DNA of 64,000 nucleotides from an uncultured Candidatus Saccharibacteria bacterium (GCA_964361595.1 CAYIAX010000003.1:6071-70070), one strand, 5' to 3'. Numbered from the stretch's first letter, positions 30,368 to 39,051 are shown. Numbers and translations: made by a program. Notes: a model not told the origin generated them from the sequence alone.

Positions 30368-30907
30368 CTACAGCGTCAAGCAATAGATCGGCGAATCAGG
30401 CAGGTCTTGGCAGTCTACGCCGTAAAGATTAGGACTGTCGTTGTCCTCGGCGAGCGCGGGGTTGTCATTTTCTTCGAGCTTCGCGCCCAACACATAAATA
30501 CTGCCGTTCGGCGATCCATAGCGATAGACAAATCCATTCGCGGGCACATTGCGGGGATCATGCGAAACGCTCGAGATGCCCAAATTGGAGTTTTGAAGGC
30601 AGGAGACAAGATTGTTCCAGTTGTCGGCCGGACTGCCGCCGGTCGTGCCGTTGCAGGCAGGTACGCAATCGCCGCCGCCCGCGCAACCCGCGCCGCTATA
30701 GGGGTAGCGTCCGTAACGGTTAAAAAATATCTCGAGGCCGTGCTGGGCCTGCCGCAGATCGCTTAGGCGCCTAGTATCCCGGCCTTTTTTCTGCATGGGC
30801 GCGAGGCCGATCAAAACGAGCGAGACCAAAAGCCCGATGACCGCCACCACGATCAGGATTTCGATGAGCGTAAATCCGGATTTTAATCCGTTTTTATGTT
30901 TTCGCAC
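30368..30907 (-). CDS. Type IV pilin / GspG-like protein
   Basis: 'SGFTLIEILIVVAVIGLL'. Confidence 0.9.
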   Translation of the reverse strand: MRKHKNGLKSGFTLIEILIVVAVIGLLVSLVLIGLAPMQKKGRDTRRLSDLRQAQHGLEIFFNRYGRYPYSGAGCAGGGDCVPACNGTTGGSPADNWNNLVSCLQNSNLGISSVSHDPRNVPANGFVYRYGSPNGSIYVLGAKLEENDNPALAEDNDSPNLYGVDCQDLPDSPIYCLTL

Positions 30908-30963
30908 TGTGCTTTAAGTCTACTATTTTTAATTCTTTCGGCCAAACCGGATTTGTTCATAGC

Positions 30964-31527
30964 TTGCCTTCGGGCCTATTCCTCGCCTACAATGCCCTTG
31001 TGCCCAGGAATTTCAAAGAAAAACTGCAATATGCCTTTTGGCGGATCTGCATCTATCCCATCTTTCCTTTCTTGCGCAGGGTGATCGGGTCATTCAAATT
31101 CATGCGCCGCTGGGGGCACGAATACCGCGGCCGCCGCCAGCGATATCTTTTGGGCAAGCTCAAGGTCGGCAAATCAATGCCTGAATTTCTCAAGTTCCTC
31201 GAGCGCGAAGGATTTACGAATCATTTCGTCGCTTGGCTGGATCCTGGGCAGTACGTGAGCCTGCGCAAAAAACTTAATTTTGAGGAGCAGTATCATCTGC
31301 GTATTTTTAAGGACGGCGAAGTGCGCGGCCATTATGAAAAAACTCCGGAGGCCCATCCCTTCAAACACTTTTTTGAGATCGGCGAAGCGGAACGCCGCGC
31401 CGAGCTCACTGCGTATTTGAAAGATTGGATTGCGCCCGTTGCGGATCCTAAAGATTATTTGATAGAAGGAAAAACCAGTTCCCAAAGCATACCCGAGACA
31501 TCGCGCGCCCGCCCGCGAAAAGGGTAG
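30964..31527 (+). CDS. Hypothetical protein
   Basis: ORF with plausible composition ('QYHLRIF.DGEVRGHYE.TPE'); start uncertain. Confidence 0.65.
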   Translation: MPSGLFLAYNALVPRNFKEKLQYAFWRICIYPIFPFLRRVIGSFKFMRRWGHEYRGRRQRYLLGKLKVGKSMPEFLKFLEREGFTNHFVAWLDPGQYVSLRKKLNFEEQYHLRIFKDGEVRGHYEKTPEAHPFKHFFEIGEAERRAELTAYLKDWIAPVADPKDYLIEGKTSSQSIPETSRARPRKG

Positions 31528-32654
31528 TGGTGGAGATCAAGGAAGGGCAGGCTGTTGCATTCGATTACGCCGCAGCGTTTTTGCCTGCGCCAGGATTTTT
31601 CCATGTCGCCGATCATGAAATCAATGCCGACCACGGAATCATTCAATACATCAGCTGCGTGCTCAAAGAGTGAAATATTTTCGGGATGCACGGAATCCGT
31701 AACATCGGTCGTGGTGCCGCCGGTTTTGCGCGAAAGCGAATCCCGCAAGATCACACTCGTGCCTTTTTTAGGAACGCTCGACCAGCTAAAGCCCTGCGTT
31801 TGGATTTTACTCATCGCGGCTGTATCAACGAGAAGAGAATGAAAAATCGGGCCCGTACGCAGGGGATTTTTATTTTCCGCTTCAATTAGCTCGCGGATGG
31901 TATTTTTGCCGTTGCCCAGGACGAGTGGCGGATCGCGCCGCAGAACACCGGCCACGCGGCCGCCGATAAGCGTAACCCGGAAAACCGAACCGGCCAATTG
32001 CTCTTCGACCACCGCCCAGGGTGAGAGCTGTTTGGCTATACGAAAAGCATGCTGGAGTTCCGTCTCATTAGTTATGTACGCGGTTGTGTGGCGGCTGCGC
32101 GAGCCTACGTGCGGCTTAACCACGAGCGGCGGGCCGATCGTTTCAAGCACGCGTTTGGCTTGGCCGAGCGTAAAACAGCGCTCGCCGCGCGCGACGGGAA
32201 TCTTCGCTTTTTTGAAGCGCGGAATGATCGAAGCCTTGTCATCGAGCCAATCTAAGGATGCCGGCGGGACATGTTCGGGGCGGGGCAAGCCGTCAAAAAT
32301 TCTTACCTCCTTGCCGAAACGGGCGAGAAAGAAATTGGATTCGGGTTTGCCGAATAATCTGAACTCAAAAAGCGAAATGCCCCGCTTCGCGGCCGATTCC
32401 CAGATCGCTTTCGTGCGCAGGGAATCTTTTGTATCCGGTTCGCGCAAAAATTCAAGCATGCCGATCCAGGCCAGAAGTCTTGCGAGCGGAAATTCGAAAT
32501 ACCGCAAAGGCAGTTTCATAAATAGCGGCAGGACCGCCCGCGAGATCATCTCAAACGGCCAGACGAGGGGATAGAGCAGGGTGTCGAGCAAGGCGCTTAG
32601 CCACTCGGTCGTATGGTTCACGGGCACGGCGCCGCAGGCGGCACAAGGCTTCAT
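31455..32654 (-). CDS. ATP-grasp ligase, cyanophycin-synthetase N-domain-like
   Basis: 'DDK', 'VVKP..GS', 'VVEEQ', 'G.G..TI.ELI..EN', 'GIDF', 'IECNS.P'; N-terminal CxxC. Confidence 0.8.
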   Translation of the reverse strand: MKPCAACGAVPVNHTTEWLSALLDTLLYPLVWPFEMISRAVLPLFMKLPLRYFEFPLARLLAWIGMLEFLREPDTKDSLRTKAIWESAAKRGISLFEFRLFGKPESNFFLARFGKEVRIFDGLPRPEHVPPASLDWLDDKASIIPRFKKAKIPVARGERCFTLGQAKRVLETIGPPLVVKPHVGSRSRHTTAYITNETELQHAFRIAKQLSPWAVVEEQLAGSVFRVTLIGGRVAGVLRRDPPLVLGNGKNTIRELIEAENKNPLRTGPIFHSLLVDTAAMSKIQTQGFSWSSVPKKGTSVILRDSLSRKTGGTTTDVTDSVHPENISLFEHAADVLNDSVVGIDFMIGDMEKSWRRQKRCGVIECNSLPFLDLHHYPFRGRARDVSGMLWELVFPSIK

Positions 32655-32738
32655 GGGAACATCATAGCAGAATTTCCCGCGACGCGGATTGAAAACTGAA
32701 AAATCGCTAATTAATTGCCATGACTGTATACTAATCAC

Positions 32739-34013
32739 ATGGCTAAATCCGGTTTTTATAATTTAGGCATCGCTCCGAATATCTTGGAGATGCTCGAGCG
32801 GCTTAAATTTACTATTCCCACGCCGATCCAGGAGAAATGCATTCCGGCGGCGGTTGAGGGCAAAGATCTTGTCGGTGTTGCGCAGACCGGAACCGGCAAA
32901 ACACTCGCCTTCGCCGTGCCGATGATCCAGAGAGCGCTTGCCGGGAAGCAGGGCTTAGTTGTTGTGCCTACGCGCGAATTGGCCTTGCAGGTGGACAGCG
33001 TGTTTCGTGAAGTGGGGACAGCGCTTGGTATTCGGACAGCGGTCTTGATCGGCGGCGAGTCTATCGGCAGGCAATTCCAGGCTCTGCGCAGGCATCCGCA
33101 AATTTTGATCGTCACGCCCGGGCGGCTTGTTGATCACCTGGAACAGAAGACGGTTACGTTAAAACAGATTGCGACGCTGGTTTTAGATGAGGCAGACCGC
33201 ATGCTCGATATGGGATTTGCGCCCCAGCTCAAGCGAATTATCTCCGCTCTGCCGAAGGAACGGCAGACTCTGCTTTTTTCCGCGACGATGCCGGCGAATA
33301 TAGTCCGCATCGCGCAGGAATATTTGAAATTGCCGACGCGGGTTGAAATCGCGCCGTCGGGCACGACAGTCGAAAAGGTTACCCAGGAGCTTTTCTTCGT
33401 GGAGAAGCCTGATAAGCCGCGGCTCTTGGAAAAAATTTTAGGCGAATACCGGGGCTCGGTGCTCGTTTTCTCTCGCACCAAGCACGGCGCAAAAAGAATT
33501 GCGGCGAGCGTGCGCAATCTGGGCTATGCCGCGGCGGAACTGCACTCCAATCGCTCCCTGGGCCAGCGGAAAGAAGCGATGGACGGATTTAGGAACGGCA
33601 GATACCGCGTGCTCGTGGCCACCGATATCGCGGCGCGCGGCATTGATGTGCAGGGGATTGAGCTGGTTTTGAATTATGACCTGCCGCAAAGTTCGGAAGA
33701 TTACGTGCATCGCATCGGCCGCACGGCGCGCGCCGGCGGCGTCGGACACGCAATTTCTTTCGCCACGCCGGACGAGCGGAACGATGTGCGCGATATCGAA
33801 CGCCTGATCCGTTCCGTCCTGCCGCTTTCAAAGCTGCCTAATCTTCCGCCGGCGCGGACATTCGCGCCTGCCGGACGCGGGCAATTCACTCCGCAGTTTA
33901 ATAAGGCTCCCCGCCGTTTCGGCGGCGGCTCGCGCTCACAGCCGCGCTCCGGTTTTCCTCCCCGCCCAGCTTCGCATAAGCGCCGTTTCGGTGGCTCGCG
34001 GTGGAGAAGGTAG
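32739..34013 (+). CDS. DEAD-box RNA helicase (RhlE-like)
   Basis: 'AQTGTGKT', 'PTRELA', 'DEAD', 'SAT', 'HRIGRTARAG', RG-rich tail. Confidence 0.97.
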   Translation: MAKSGFYNLGIAPNILEMLERLKFTIPTPIQEKCIPAAVEGKDLVGVAQTGTGKTLAFAVPMIQRALAGKQGLVVVPTRELALQVDSVFREVGTALGIRTAVLIGGESIGRQFQALRRHPQILIVTPGRLVDHLEQKTVTLKQIATLVLDEADRMLDMGFAPQLKRIISALPKERQTLLFSATMPANIVRIAQEYLKLPTRVEIAPSGTTVEKVTQELFFVEKPDKPRLLEKILGEYRGSVLVFSRTKHGAKRIAASVRNLGYAAAELHSNRSLGQRKEAMDGFRNGRYRVLVATDIAARGIDVQGIELVLNYDLPQSSEDYVHRIGRTARAGGVGHAISFATPDERNDVRDIERLIRSVLPLSKLPNLPPARTFAPAGRGQFTPQFNKAPRRFGGGSRSQPRSGFPPRPASHKRRFGGSRWRR

Positions 34014-34273
34014 GGTTTTTAGAGGAATGTTGTCCTGGGTCAACTCTGGAGCGCTGTGCTACAGCCAGATACCCCACGAAATTTGGTTGATACGGTATTC
34101 GTACGGGCTTGCAGTAGCAAGCGGATCGCCGTATTTTCAGTTGTCGGGAGCGCGTGTGCCGATACTTCAATCATTGAACAATTCCATAGAATTGTTCAAT
34201 CGAAATTGTCCACTTCCTTTACTTGCTTTACTTGCGAATTTGTTCCCACCTCCTTTTATTGTTGCTAAAAAAG

Positions 34274-34309
34274 CAACATTCTAACATTCTGCAGAATGTT
34301 AGAATGTTG
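34274..34309. repeat. Perfect 36-bp palindrome, family A (ACATTCT-N-ACATTCT-NN-AGAATGT-N-AGAATGT)
   Basis: CAACATTCTAACATTCTG|CAGAATGTTAGAATGTTG. Confidence 0.95.
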
Positions 34310-34318
34310 TAATCCAGA

Positions 34319-34354
34319 ATTTACGTACGGAATTACGTAATTCCGTACGTAAAT
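34319..34354. repeat. Perfect 36-bp palindrome, family C
   Basis: ATTTACGTACGGAATTAC|GTAATTCCGTACGTAAAT. Confidence 0.95.
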
Positions 34355-34423
34355 GTTTAAATTTTGCCGATCGCGGCGAAAACGATTTTTTAAACTCGCA
34401 AGGCAGGTTTGGCCGCAAACAAA

Positions 34424-34753
34424 CTATTTGGACTTAGATTGTTTGTTAAGCACCACTTTCTGTACCGAGGGGCTTACTGGTTTATCTGTCCGGTGAATAC
34501 AACCAGCCCAACAACAAGGCCGGCGCTTTCCTGCTTTTAGCTCTGTGATCGTCCGCTCGATATGATTTTTTCTAGTCTCCGACTTCTTGGCGGAGACAAT
34601 CCAGCAGATCCATTCGTTGTGTGCTAGTGGCGTAATATCCTCCCACGCTCTCCGCGCCGCTGGAGCAGAAGCAAGGGCGTTTCGTAAATCCGGTGGCACG
34701 CTGTGCACCGTATCGACGGCAAATTCATTTTTTAACTTTGAAAACTTCGCCAT
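34424..34753 (-). CDS. YdeI/OmpD-associated family protein
   Basis: 'VPPDLRNAL...W..ITPLA.NEWICWI.SAKK.ETR', 'RRPCCW.GC.HR'. Confidence 0.8.
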   Translation of the reverse strand: MAKFSKLKNEFAVDTVHSVPPDLRNALASAPAARRAWEDITPLAHNEWICWIVSAKKSETRKNHIERTITELKAGKRRPCCWAGCIHRTDKPVSPSVQKVVLNKQSKSK

Positions 34754-35981
34754 TTTCTCCCCACGTCACCTTCCCATCTCGGCTTATGACAACATCGATA
34801 TAATTTTTTTTCTCGGGATATTCCGTTCCTTTTTCTTTCAAATTTATTTTCACTCCCTTAATGTTAAACCTACCAGTTAAAGCTAAAAGTCTTTTTTGTA
34901 ATTCCTCTGTGCTTCTCCACCCTCCTACCAAAAACATTTCAATTTCATCCTTTGGAATTCCGGACAATTCCAAGCCGCTTTCAAGCCTGCTCAAAATATC
35001 CGTTTCATTTTGTGTTGCCTCCATATGTGCAAAACCGAGTATCATTGCCCCTTCTTTTGTTTTACCTTTTGCACAAATAACCACACACGGACCAACACCA
35101 GTAGTTCCTATTGGTCCTTTGTCTGCTGGAATAATCTGAATATCGCCTTGCTTAACAAAAACACCCGATTCAACAGATTCTGTGGCCTGATCTATTTCGT
35201 TGGTAGCTGAAAGTTGGACAATCTTTTCTTGATATTCCCTTTCCTTTTTACGTCGCGATTGAATTTTTGCTTCAACTCCAAGTGGAAGCTGTATATTCAA
35301 CCGAGGATGTTTCTCTAGCAAATCCCTTATTAAGGGCATGGCTTTTAAGTCGCCAAAGGCAAATAATATCTCTGTCGGCGGAATGTAGCTTAGAATGGCA
35401 ACCGACTTTTTATCTGTGTCAATATTTACACAGAAAGAGTAATCCTCTCCTTCTATAGTACGGCTAAAACTTACCCGCCAAAATCCCTCATATACTCTTT
35501 CAAGGCCGGTAGTTATAGCGGTATCAACCCCAAGGAATTCTTCCAAGTCTGCGTTCGCCTTAGCCATTGTATCCCTGAATCCTTGTTTTTGATAGCTACC
35601 CTTACCCAATTCATTGAAATGTACAATCTTGTCTAATTCTTGATATATAAAATCATTATCTTTTCCTTCTTTATATTCCCACGTCATGTCCATTGGCCTA
35701 TCTTCAACAATGTTTTTTAATAAAGTATTTCTTCTCATCACTTCTAAGGCATTAGGAAGACCGGGATAATCTTTTGCATAGGTTTCGGCTTGTTGCGGTG
35801 ACCAAAAGCCAACTTTTTGGACTTTTTGTAATAAATCTAGAGCTTCATAAATATAAGTTGAATATTCCCCCGATTTATTTCGATCCATACTCACCGCCGG
35901 ATTTTTTAGTGAGGCCGTAGAAAATAAAATGATTTGCCCTTCTCCTGATTCAGTTGGTGATTTTTCAAATGGTGATTCCAT
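34725..35981 (-). CDS. AT-rich hypothetical protein with C-terminal CheD/CNF1-like deamidase domain
   Basis: 'GTTGVGPCVVI...GFAH' resembles the CheD-type Cys-His motif; 'MESPFEK' start. Confidence 0.6.
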   Translation of the reverse strand: MESPFEKSPTESGEGQIILFSTASLKNPAVSMDRNKSGEYSTYIYEALDLLQKVQKVGFWSPQQAETYAKDYPGLPNALEVMRRNTLLKNIVEDRPMDMTWEYKEGKDNDFIYQELDKIVHFNELGKGSYQKQGFRDTMAKANADLEEFLGVDTAITTGLERVYEGFWRVSFSRTIEGEDYSFCVNIDTDKKSVAILSYIPPTEILFAFGDLKAMPLIRDLLEKHPRLNIQLPLGVEAKIQSRRKKEREYQEKIVQLSATNEIDQATESVESGVFVKQGDIQIIPADKGPIGTTGVGPCVVICAKGKTKEGAMILGFAHMEATQNETDILSRLESGLELSGIPKDEIEMFLVGGWRSTEELQKRLLALTGRFNIKGVKINLKEKGTEYPEKKNYIDVVISRDGKVTWGENGEVFKVKK

Positions 35982-36043
35982 AGGCTTATTTTAATAAATT
36001 TTCAGAAGTCGGGGTGGGCGAGTCAATGACTTCATTTCCCAAC

Positions 36044-36133
36044 TGGCGGTGGGTGGAGGATTCGAACCTCCGAGGGGATTTCTCCCCAACCGCATTTCGA
36101 GTGCGGCGCGTTAGACCACTCTGCCAACCCACC
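36044..36133 (-). tRNA. tRNA-Ser(CGA), CCA encoded
   Basis: GGTGGGT acceptor, CCGCA-CT-CGA-AA-TGCGG, long variable arm, GGTTCGAATCC, GCCA end. Confidence 0.95.
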
Positions 36134-36209
36134 TTATCTCTTTATTCCGGCTACAGTATATAATGGAAAATGATAGGATTTCAATAAAGGTCGAGATTTT
36201 AACTCCAAT

Positions 36210-36428
36210 ATGCAAATTTTCCCTAACTTCAGTTTACCGTGGTATGGGCTTGTGCCCTTGCTCGCTTGGTCCATCGTTTGGAAAGGTTTGGCGTTGTGGA
36301 AGGCTGCGGACCGCCGAGAAAAAATTTGGTTCTGGGTGCTTTTGGTCGTGAACACAGTCGGAATTCTGGAGATCCTGTATCTCTACGTTTTTAGCAAGAA
36401 AACTCCAACTGGAAATCCCGGTGTTTAG
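36210..36428 (+). CDS. Small membrane protein (DUF5652-like)
   Basis: 'WSIVWKGLALWKAA...WF..LL.VNT.GILEILYL'. Confidence 0.85.
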   Translation: MQIFPNFSLPWYGLVPLLAWSIVWKGLALWKAADRREKIWFWVLLVVNTVGILEILYLYVFSKKTPTGNPGV

Positions 36429-36480
36429 AACTTTGCTTACTCTAGCTTATCAAGTGTTTATACCGAGCTAATCGAAGTGT

Positions 36481-36622
36481 GCCCTCGGGAAGAAGCGAAC
36501 ATCGGTCGCCGTAGGCAACCTCCTTCAGAACCCTCGGTTCTGAATTCCGCCAGCTGGCGGACTCCTACACGGGAGGAATCTTATACTTTCCTCCCGACCC
36601 CTCCTTCGGTTCAATTCTTCCC
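36481..36622 (-). other. Structured trailer downstream of tRNA-Arg: anti-T-arm, hairpins and a copy of the tRNA 3' end
   Basis: 36609-36622 is an inverted copy of 36636-36649; 36481-36500 repeats 36630-36649 with 2 mismatches. Confidence 0.8.
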
Positions 36623-36628
36623 TCGTTG

Positions 36629-36699
36629 CGCCCTCGGGAAGAATTGAACTCCCATCAACCCCTTAGGACGGGGCTGTTCTTCCGTTGAACTACGAGGGC
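36629..36699 (-). tRNA. tRNA-Arg(CCT)
   Basis: GCCCTCG acceptor, GCCCC-GT-CCT-AA-GGGGT, GGGAGTTCAATTCTTCC T-arm; no CCA. Confidence 0.88.
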
Positions 36700-36811
36700 G
36701 AAGATCGTTTGTAAGCTTATCATTTTTATGATATTTTTCAATCGCCGACGAGTTCGTCCAGATTCGCATTTATAGTCCGCACGAGGGGGGGTTACCCTGA
36801 GCCGTATTGAA

Positions 36812-36882
36812 GGGCCTATAGTAAAATGGTATTACGCCTCCATGGCATGGAGGAGGTCGGGGTTCGATTCCCCATAGGTCCA
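36812..36882 (+). tRNA. tRNA-Ala(GGC)
   Basis: GGGCCTA/TAGGTCC with G3:U70, CCTCC-AT-GGC-AT-GGAGG, GGTTCGATTCC. Confidence 0.93.
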
Positions 36883-36939
36883 CGGGAAAAATTAATTTTA
36901 AATACTTCCAGACCATCTGCGCGTTGTATCAAAGAAAAG

Positions 36940-37599
36940 ATGAAAACGGTTTTGAACTATCTGGGCCAATTGAGAATCTATTCTTTTTTGGATTTGTTGG
37001 TTTTTGCAACGGCGCTGACAAAAGAAATAAATATTATTGTTGGCATTGGGCTTTTATGGCTGGGTTTTTTGTTTTATTTGGAAAGCCGCCACGACGACGA
37101 ATTCAGGTTAAAGATAAATAAGTATTTATGGACTGGGCCGTTCGCGTTTTCACTGGTTCTCTTGCCGGTTTGGATTTGTTTAAGCTTCGCGCTTTTTTCT
37201 TACCTCTATACCAAGAAAAAACAGCATGCGGCATGGGGTGTTTCGGCTCCCCTGTGGCGAGCTCTCCAAAACGGGATCATCGCGGCTGGTTTTAATTTCC
37301 AGTTGGCAATTTTAGCATTTATTTTGATTTTTATCCGGAATGTAATTGCCGATTTCAGAGACGCGCATGACGACAAGCAAAGAGGAATTCTAACCATTCC
37401 TGTCGTTCTGGGCGTAGGTAAAAATCAAGCATGGGCATTTTATGTTCACCTCATGCTGGTGGTTGCCGCAACCATAATCTGGCTCAATTTTTCATTTTTT
37501 GACAGCCGTTTAATTTTGCCAATTATTTTATTCCAGCTCTTTTCTTACCCGCTAACCCCGCGTCTAAGCAATCCGCGGTACTTGAATATTTACGGCTAA
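36940..37599 (+). CDS. UbiA-prenyltransferase-like membrane protein
   Basis: Many TM helices; 'DFRDAHDDKQRG..TIPVVLG' resembles the second UbiA Asp-rich motif. Confidence 0.6.
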   Translation: MKTVLNYLGQLRIYSFLDLLVFATALTKEINIIVGIGLLWLGFLFYLESRHDDEFRLKINKYLWTGPFAFSLVLLPVWICLSFALFSYLYTKKKQHAAWGVSAPLWRALQNGIIAAGFNFQLAILAFILIFIRNVIADFRDAHDDKQRGILTIPVVLGVGKNQAWAFYVHLMLVVAATIIWLNFSFFDSRLILPIILFQLFSYPLTPRLSNPRYLNIYG

Positions 37600-37618
37600 A
37601 TAATTCAGAATTACTTAA

Positions 37619-38326
37619 ATGCCTCAAAATCCACTCCATGTAGTTTTAATCCCTGATGGCAACCGCCGCTGGGCGCGCGCGCAGGGCCTGCCGGAGCTTT
37701 TGGGCCATCGGGAAGGCGCGAAGGCCACGGAAAAGATTTTGGATGCCGCCCTTAAAACCGACATTACTCATCTGACTTTCTGGGGCGCATCCGTGGCGAA
37801 CTTAACGAAGCGTTCGCCCGAGGAAGTGGGGGCGCTGGCGGAAATTTTTGAGATTTATTTCAAGAAATTGGCGGAGCATCCCAGGTTACATGAACACAAG
37901 ATCCGCGTCCGCGTACTTGGGCGGTGGGCGGAACTCTTGCCGGCTCCGACCGTGGCCGCCGTAGAGAACATAATTAAAGTTACGGAGGGATACGGCGAGC
38001 GCAATCTTACGGTGCTGCTTGCTTATACTGGCACCGACGAGATACTTTACGCCATTAACCGCATTGCGAATGCGGCTCGCAAGGACCTCGAACTCGTCAT
38101 TGATGAAAAATTTGTCAAAATGAATTTATGGACGGCGGAATTGCCGCCGGTTGATTTTGTGATCCGCACGGGCGGCGAGCCGCATTGGTCGGCAGGGATG
38201 CTCATGTGGGACGTGGCCGAGGCGCATCTTCACTTCGCGGAAACTTTCTGGCCGGCCTTCAGCGAAACCGAGTTTCTAAAAGCCCTGGAAAATTTCAAAA
38301 ACACCGCGCGCCGCTTCGGCCAATAA
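37619..38326 (+). CDS. uppS: Undecaprenyl/polyprenyl diphosphate synthase
   Basis: 'IPDGNRRWA', 'GH..G', 'N..KRS..EV', 'IRTGGE', 'FWP.F'. Confidence 0.93.
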   Translation: MPQNPLHVVLIPDGNRRWARAQGLPELLGHREGAKATEKILDAALKTDITHLTFWGASVANLTKRSPEEVGALAEIFEIYFKKLAEHPRLHEHKIRVRVLGRWAELLPAPTVAAVENIIKVTEGYGERNLTVLLAYTGTDEILYAINRIANAARKDLELVIDEKFVKMNLWTAELPPVDFVIRTGGEPHWSAGMLMWDVAEAHLHFAETFWPAFSETEFLKALENFKNTARRFGQ

Positions 38327-38332
38327 AACCAT

Positions 38333-38368
38333 ACCCTTAAAAACTTGAGAACTTGAGATTTTAAGGAT
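38333..38368 (+). repeat. Left 36-bp inverted repeat flanking the wHTH gene
   Basis: ACCCTTAAAAACTTGAGAACTTGAGATTTTAAGGAT; exact reverse complement of 38677-38712. Confidence 0.95.
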
Positions 38369-38387
38369 ATGGTGCGATAATAAAATC

Positions 38388-38672
38388 ATGGGGAAAATAA
38401 AAACTGCGAGGCAAATGGAACGCCACTTAAAGGGGATGGCCAACCACCACCGCATCAACATTTTACTGCTTATCGCTCAAAGGGACGGAATAACTTTTGA
38501 GGAAATTGCGAGAACCCTAGAGGCAAATGAAAAGACAATTGGTGAACATGCAAGGCGGTTGCATCAAGCGGGGCTGGTTAATAAATCATATCAAGGCAAA
38601 TTTGTGGAATATACACTATCTCCATACGGCAAAATATTCGTCCGTTTTCTTAAATCTTTCCAAAGCATTTAA
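38388..38672 (+). CDS. ArsR-like winged helix-turn-helix protein
   Basis: 'KGMANHHRINILLLI...ITFEEIA..L....KTI.EH.RRL..AGLV.K'. Confidence 0.85.
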   Translation: MGKIKTARQMERHLKGMANHHRINILLLIAQRDGITFEEIARTLEANEKTIGEHARRLHQAGLVNKSYQGKFVEYTLSPYGKIFVRFLKSFQSI

Positions 38673-38676
38673 CAAC

Positions 38677-38712
38677 ATCCTTAAAATCTCAAGTTCTCAA
38701 GTTTTTAAGGGT
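38677..38712 (-). repeat. Right 36-bp inverted repeat flanking the wHTH gene
   Basis: ATCCTTAAAATCTCAAGTTCTCAAGTTTTTAAGGGT. Confidence 0.95.
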
Positions 38713-38797
38713 GTCATTTGGTAATCTGGAGTAATCTGGGCTAAGGTAAGCTGAATATTGGAAAGGATGGTAACTTTGATATATCATAGAGCATCAA

Positions 38798-39051
38798 GGG
38801 CCCGTAGTTCAGCCCCGACGTTGCAAGTCGGGGAGGCCGCGATTGGCTTGGCAGGCCTCATTTGTCCCGACGCACTTTTAAATAACCTATGATAAAGAAG
38901 TCGGGATCCCGTATGACTTTGGTGGGCCCGTAGTTTAGTGGTAAAACGCCTCATTTGCAATGAGGAGAGCGGCGGTTCGATCCCGCCCGGGTCCACACGA
39001 GCCCACCAAAGTCCAGCGGGACAATGTGGAGTGGGCGGCCGCCCGGGTCCA
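38798..39051 (+). pseudogene. Degenerate outer tRNA-Ala(TGC) split in the anticodon by a 157-nt insert (38865-39021) that contains an intact tRNA-Ala
   Basis: GGGCCCGTAGTT...GCCTCATTTG | insert | CAATGTGGAG...CCGCCCGGGTCCA; D-arm expanded, T-loop lost. Confidence 0.75.
38924..38995 (+). tRNA. tRNA-Ala(TGC), inner/nested
   Basis: GGGCCCG/CGGGTCC with G3:U70, CCTCA-TT-TGC-AA-TGAGG, GGTTCGATCCC. Confidence 0.94.

Noticed and set aside
36826-36939. N-terminal extension of the UbiA-like ORF
   Set aside because: It overlaps tRNA-Ala(GGC); ATG 36940 is the more plausible start.
38813-38833. Hairpin with GTTGCAA loop as a second Ala anticodon arm
   Set aside because: The 7-bp stem and position do not fit a cloverleaf; it more likely belongs to the CCCGAC...GTCGGG hairpin family, and the TGC may be coincidental.
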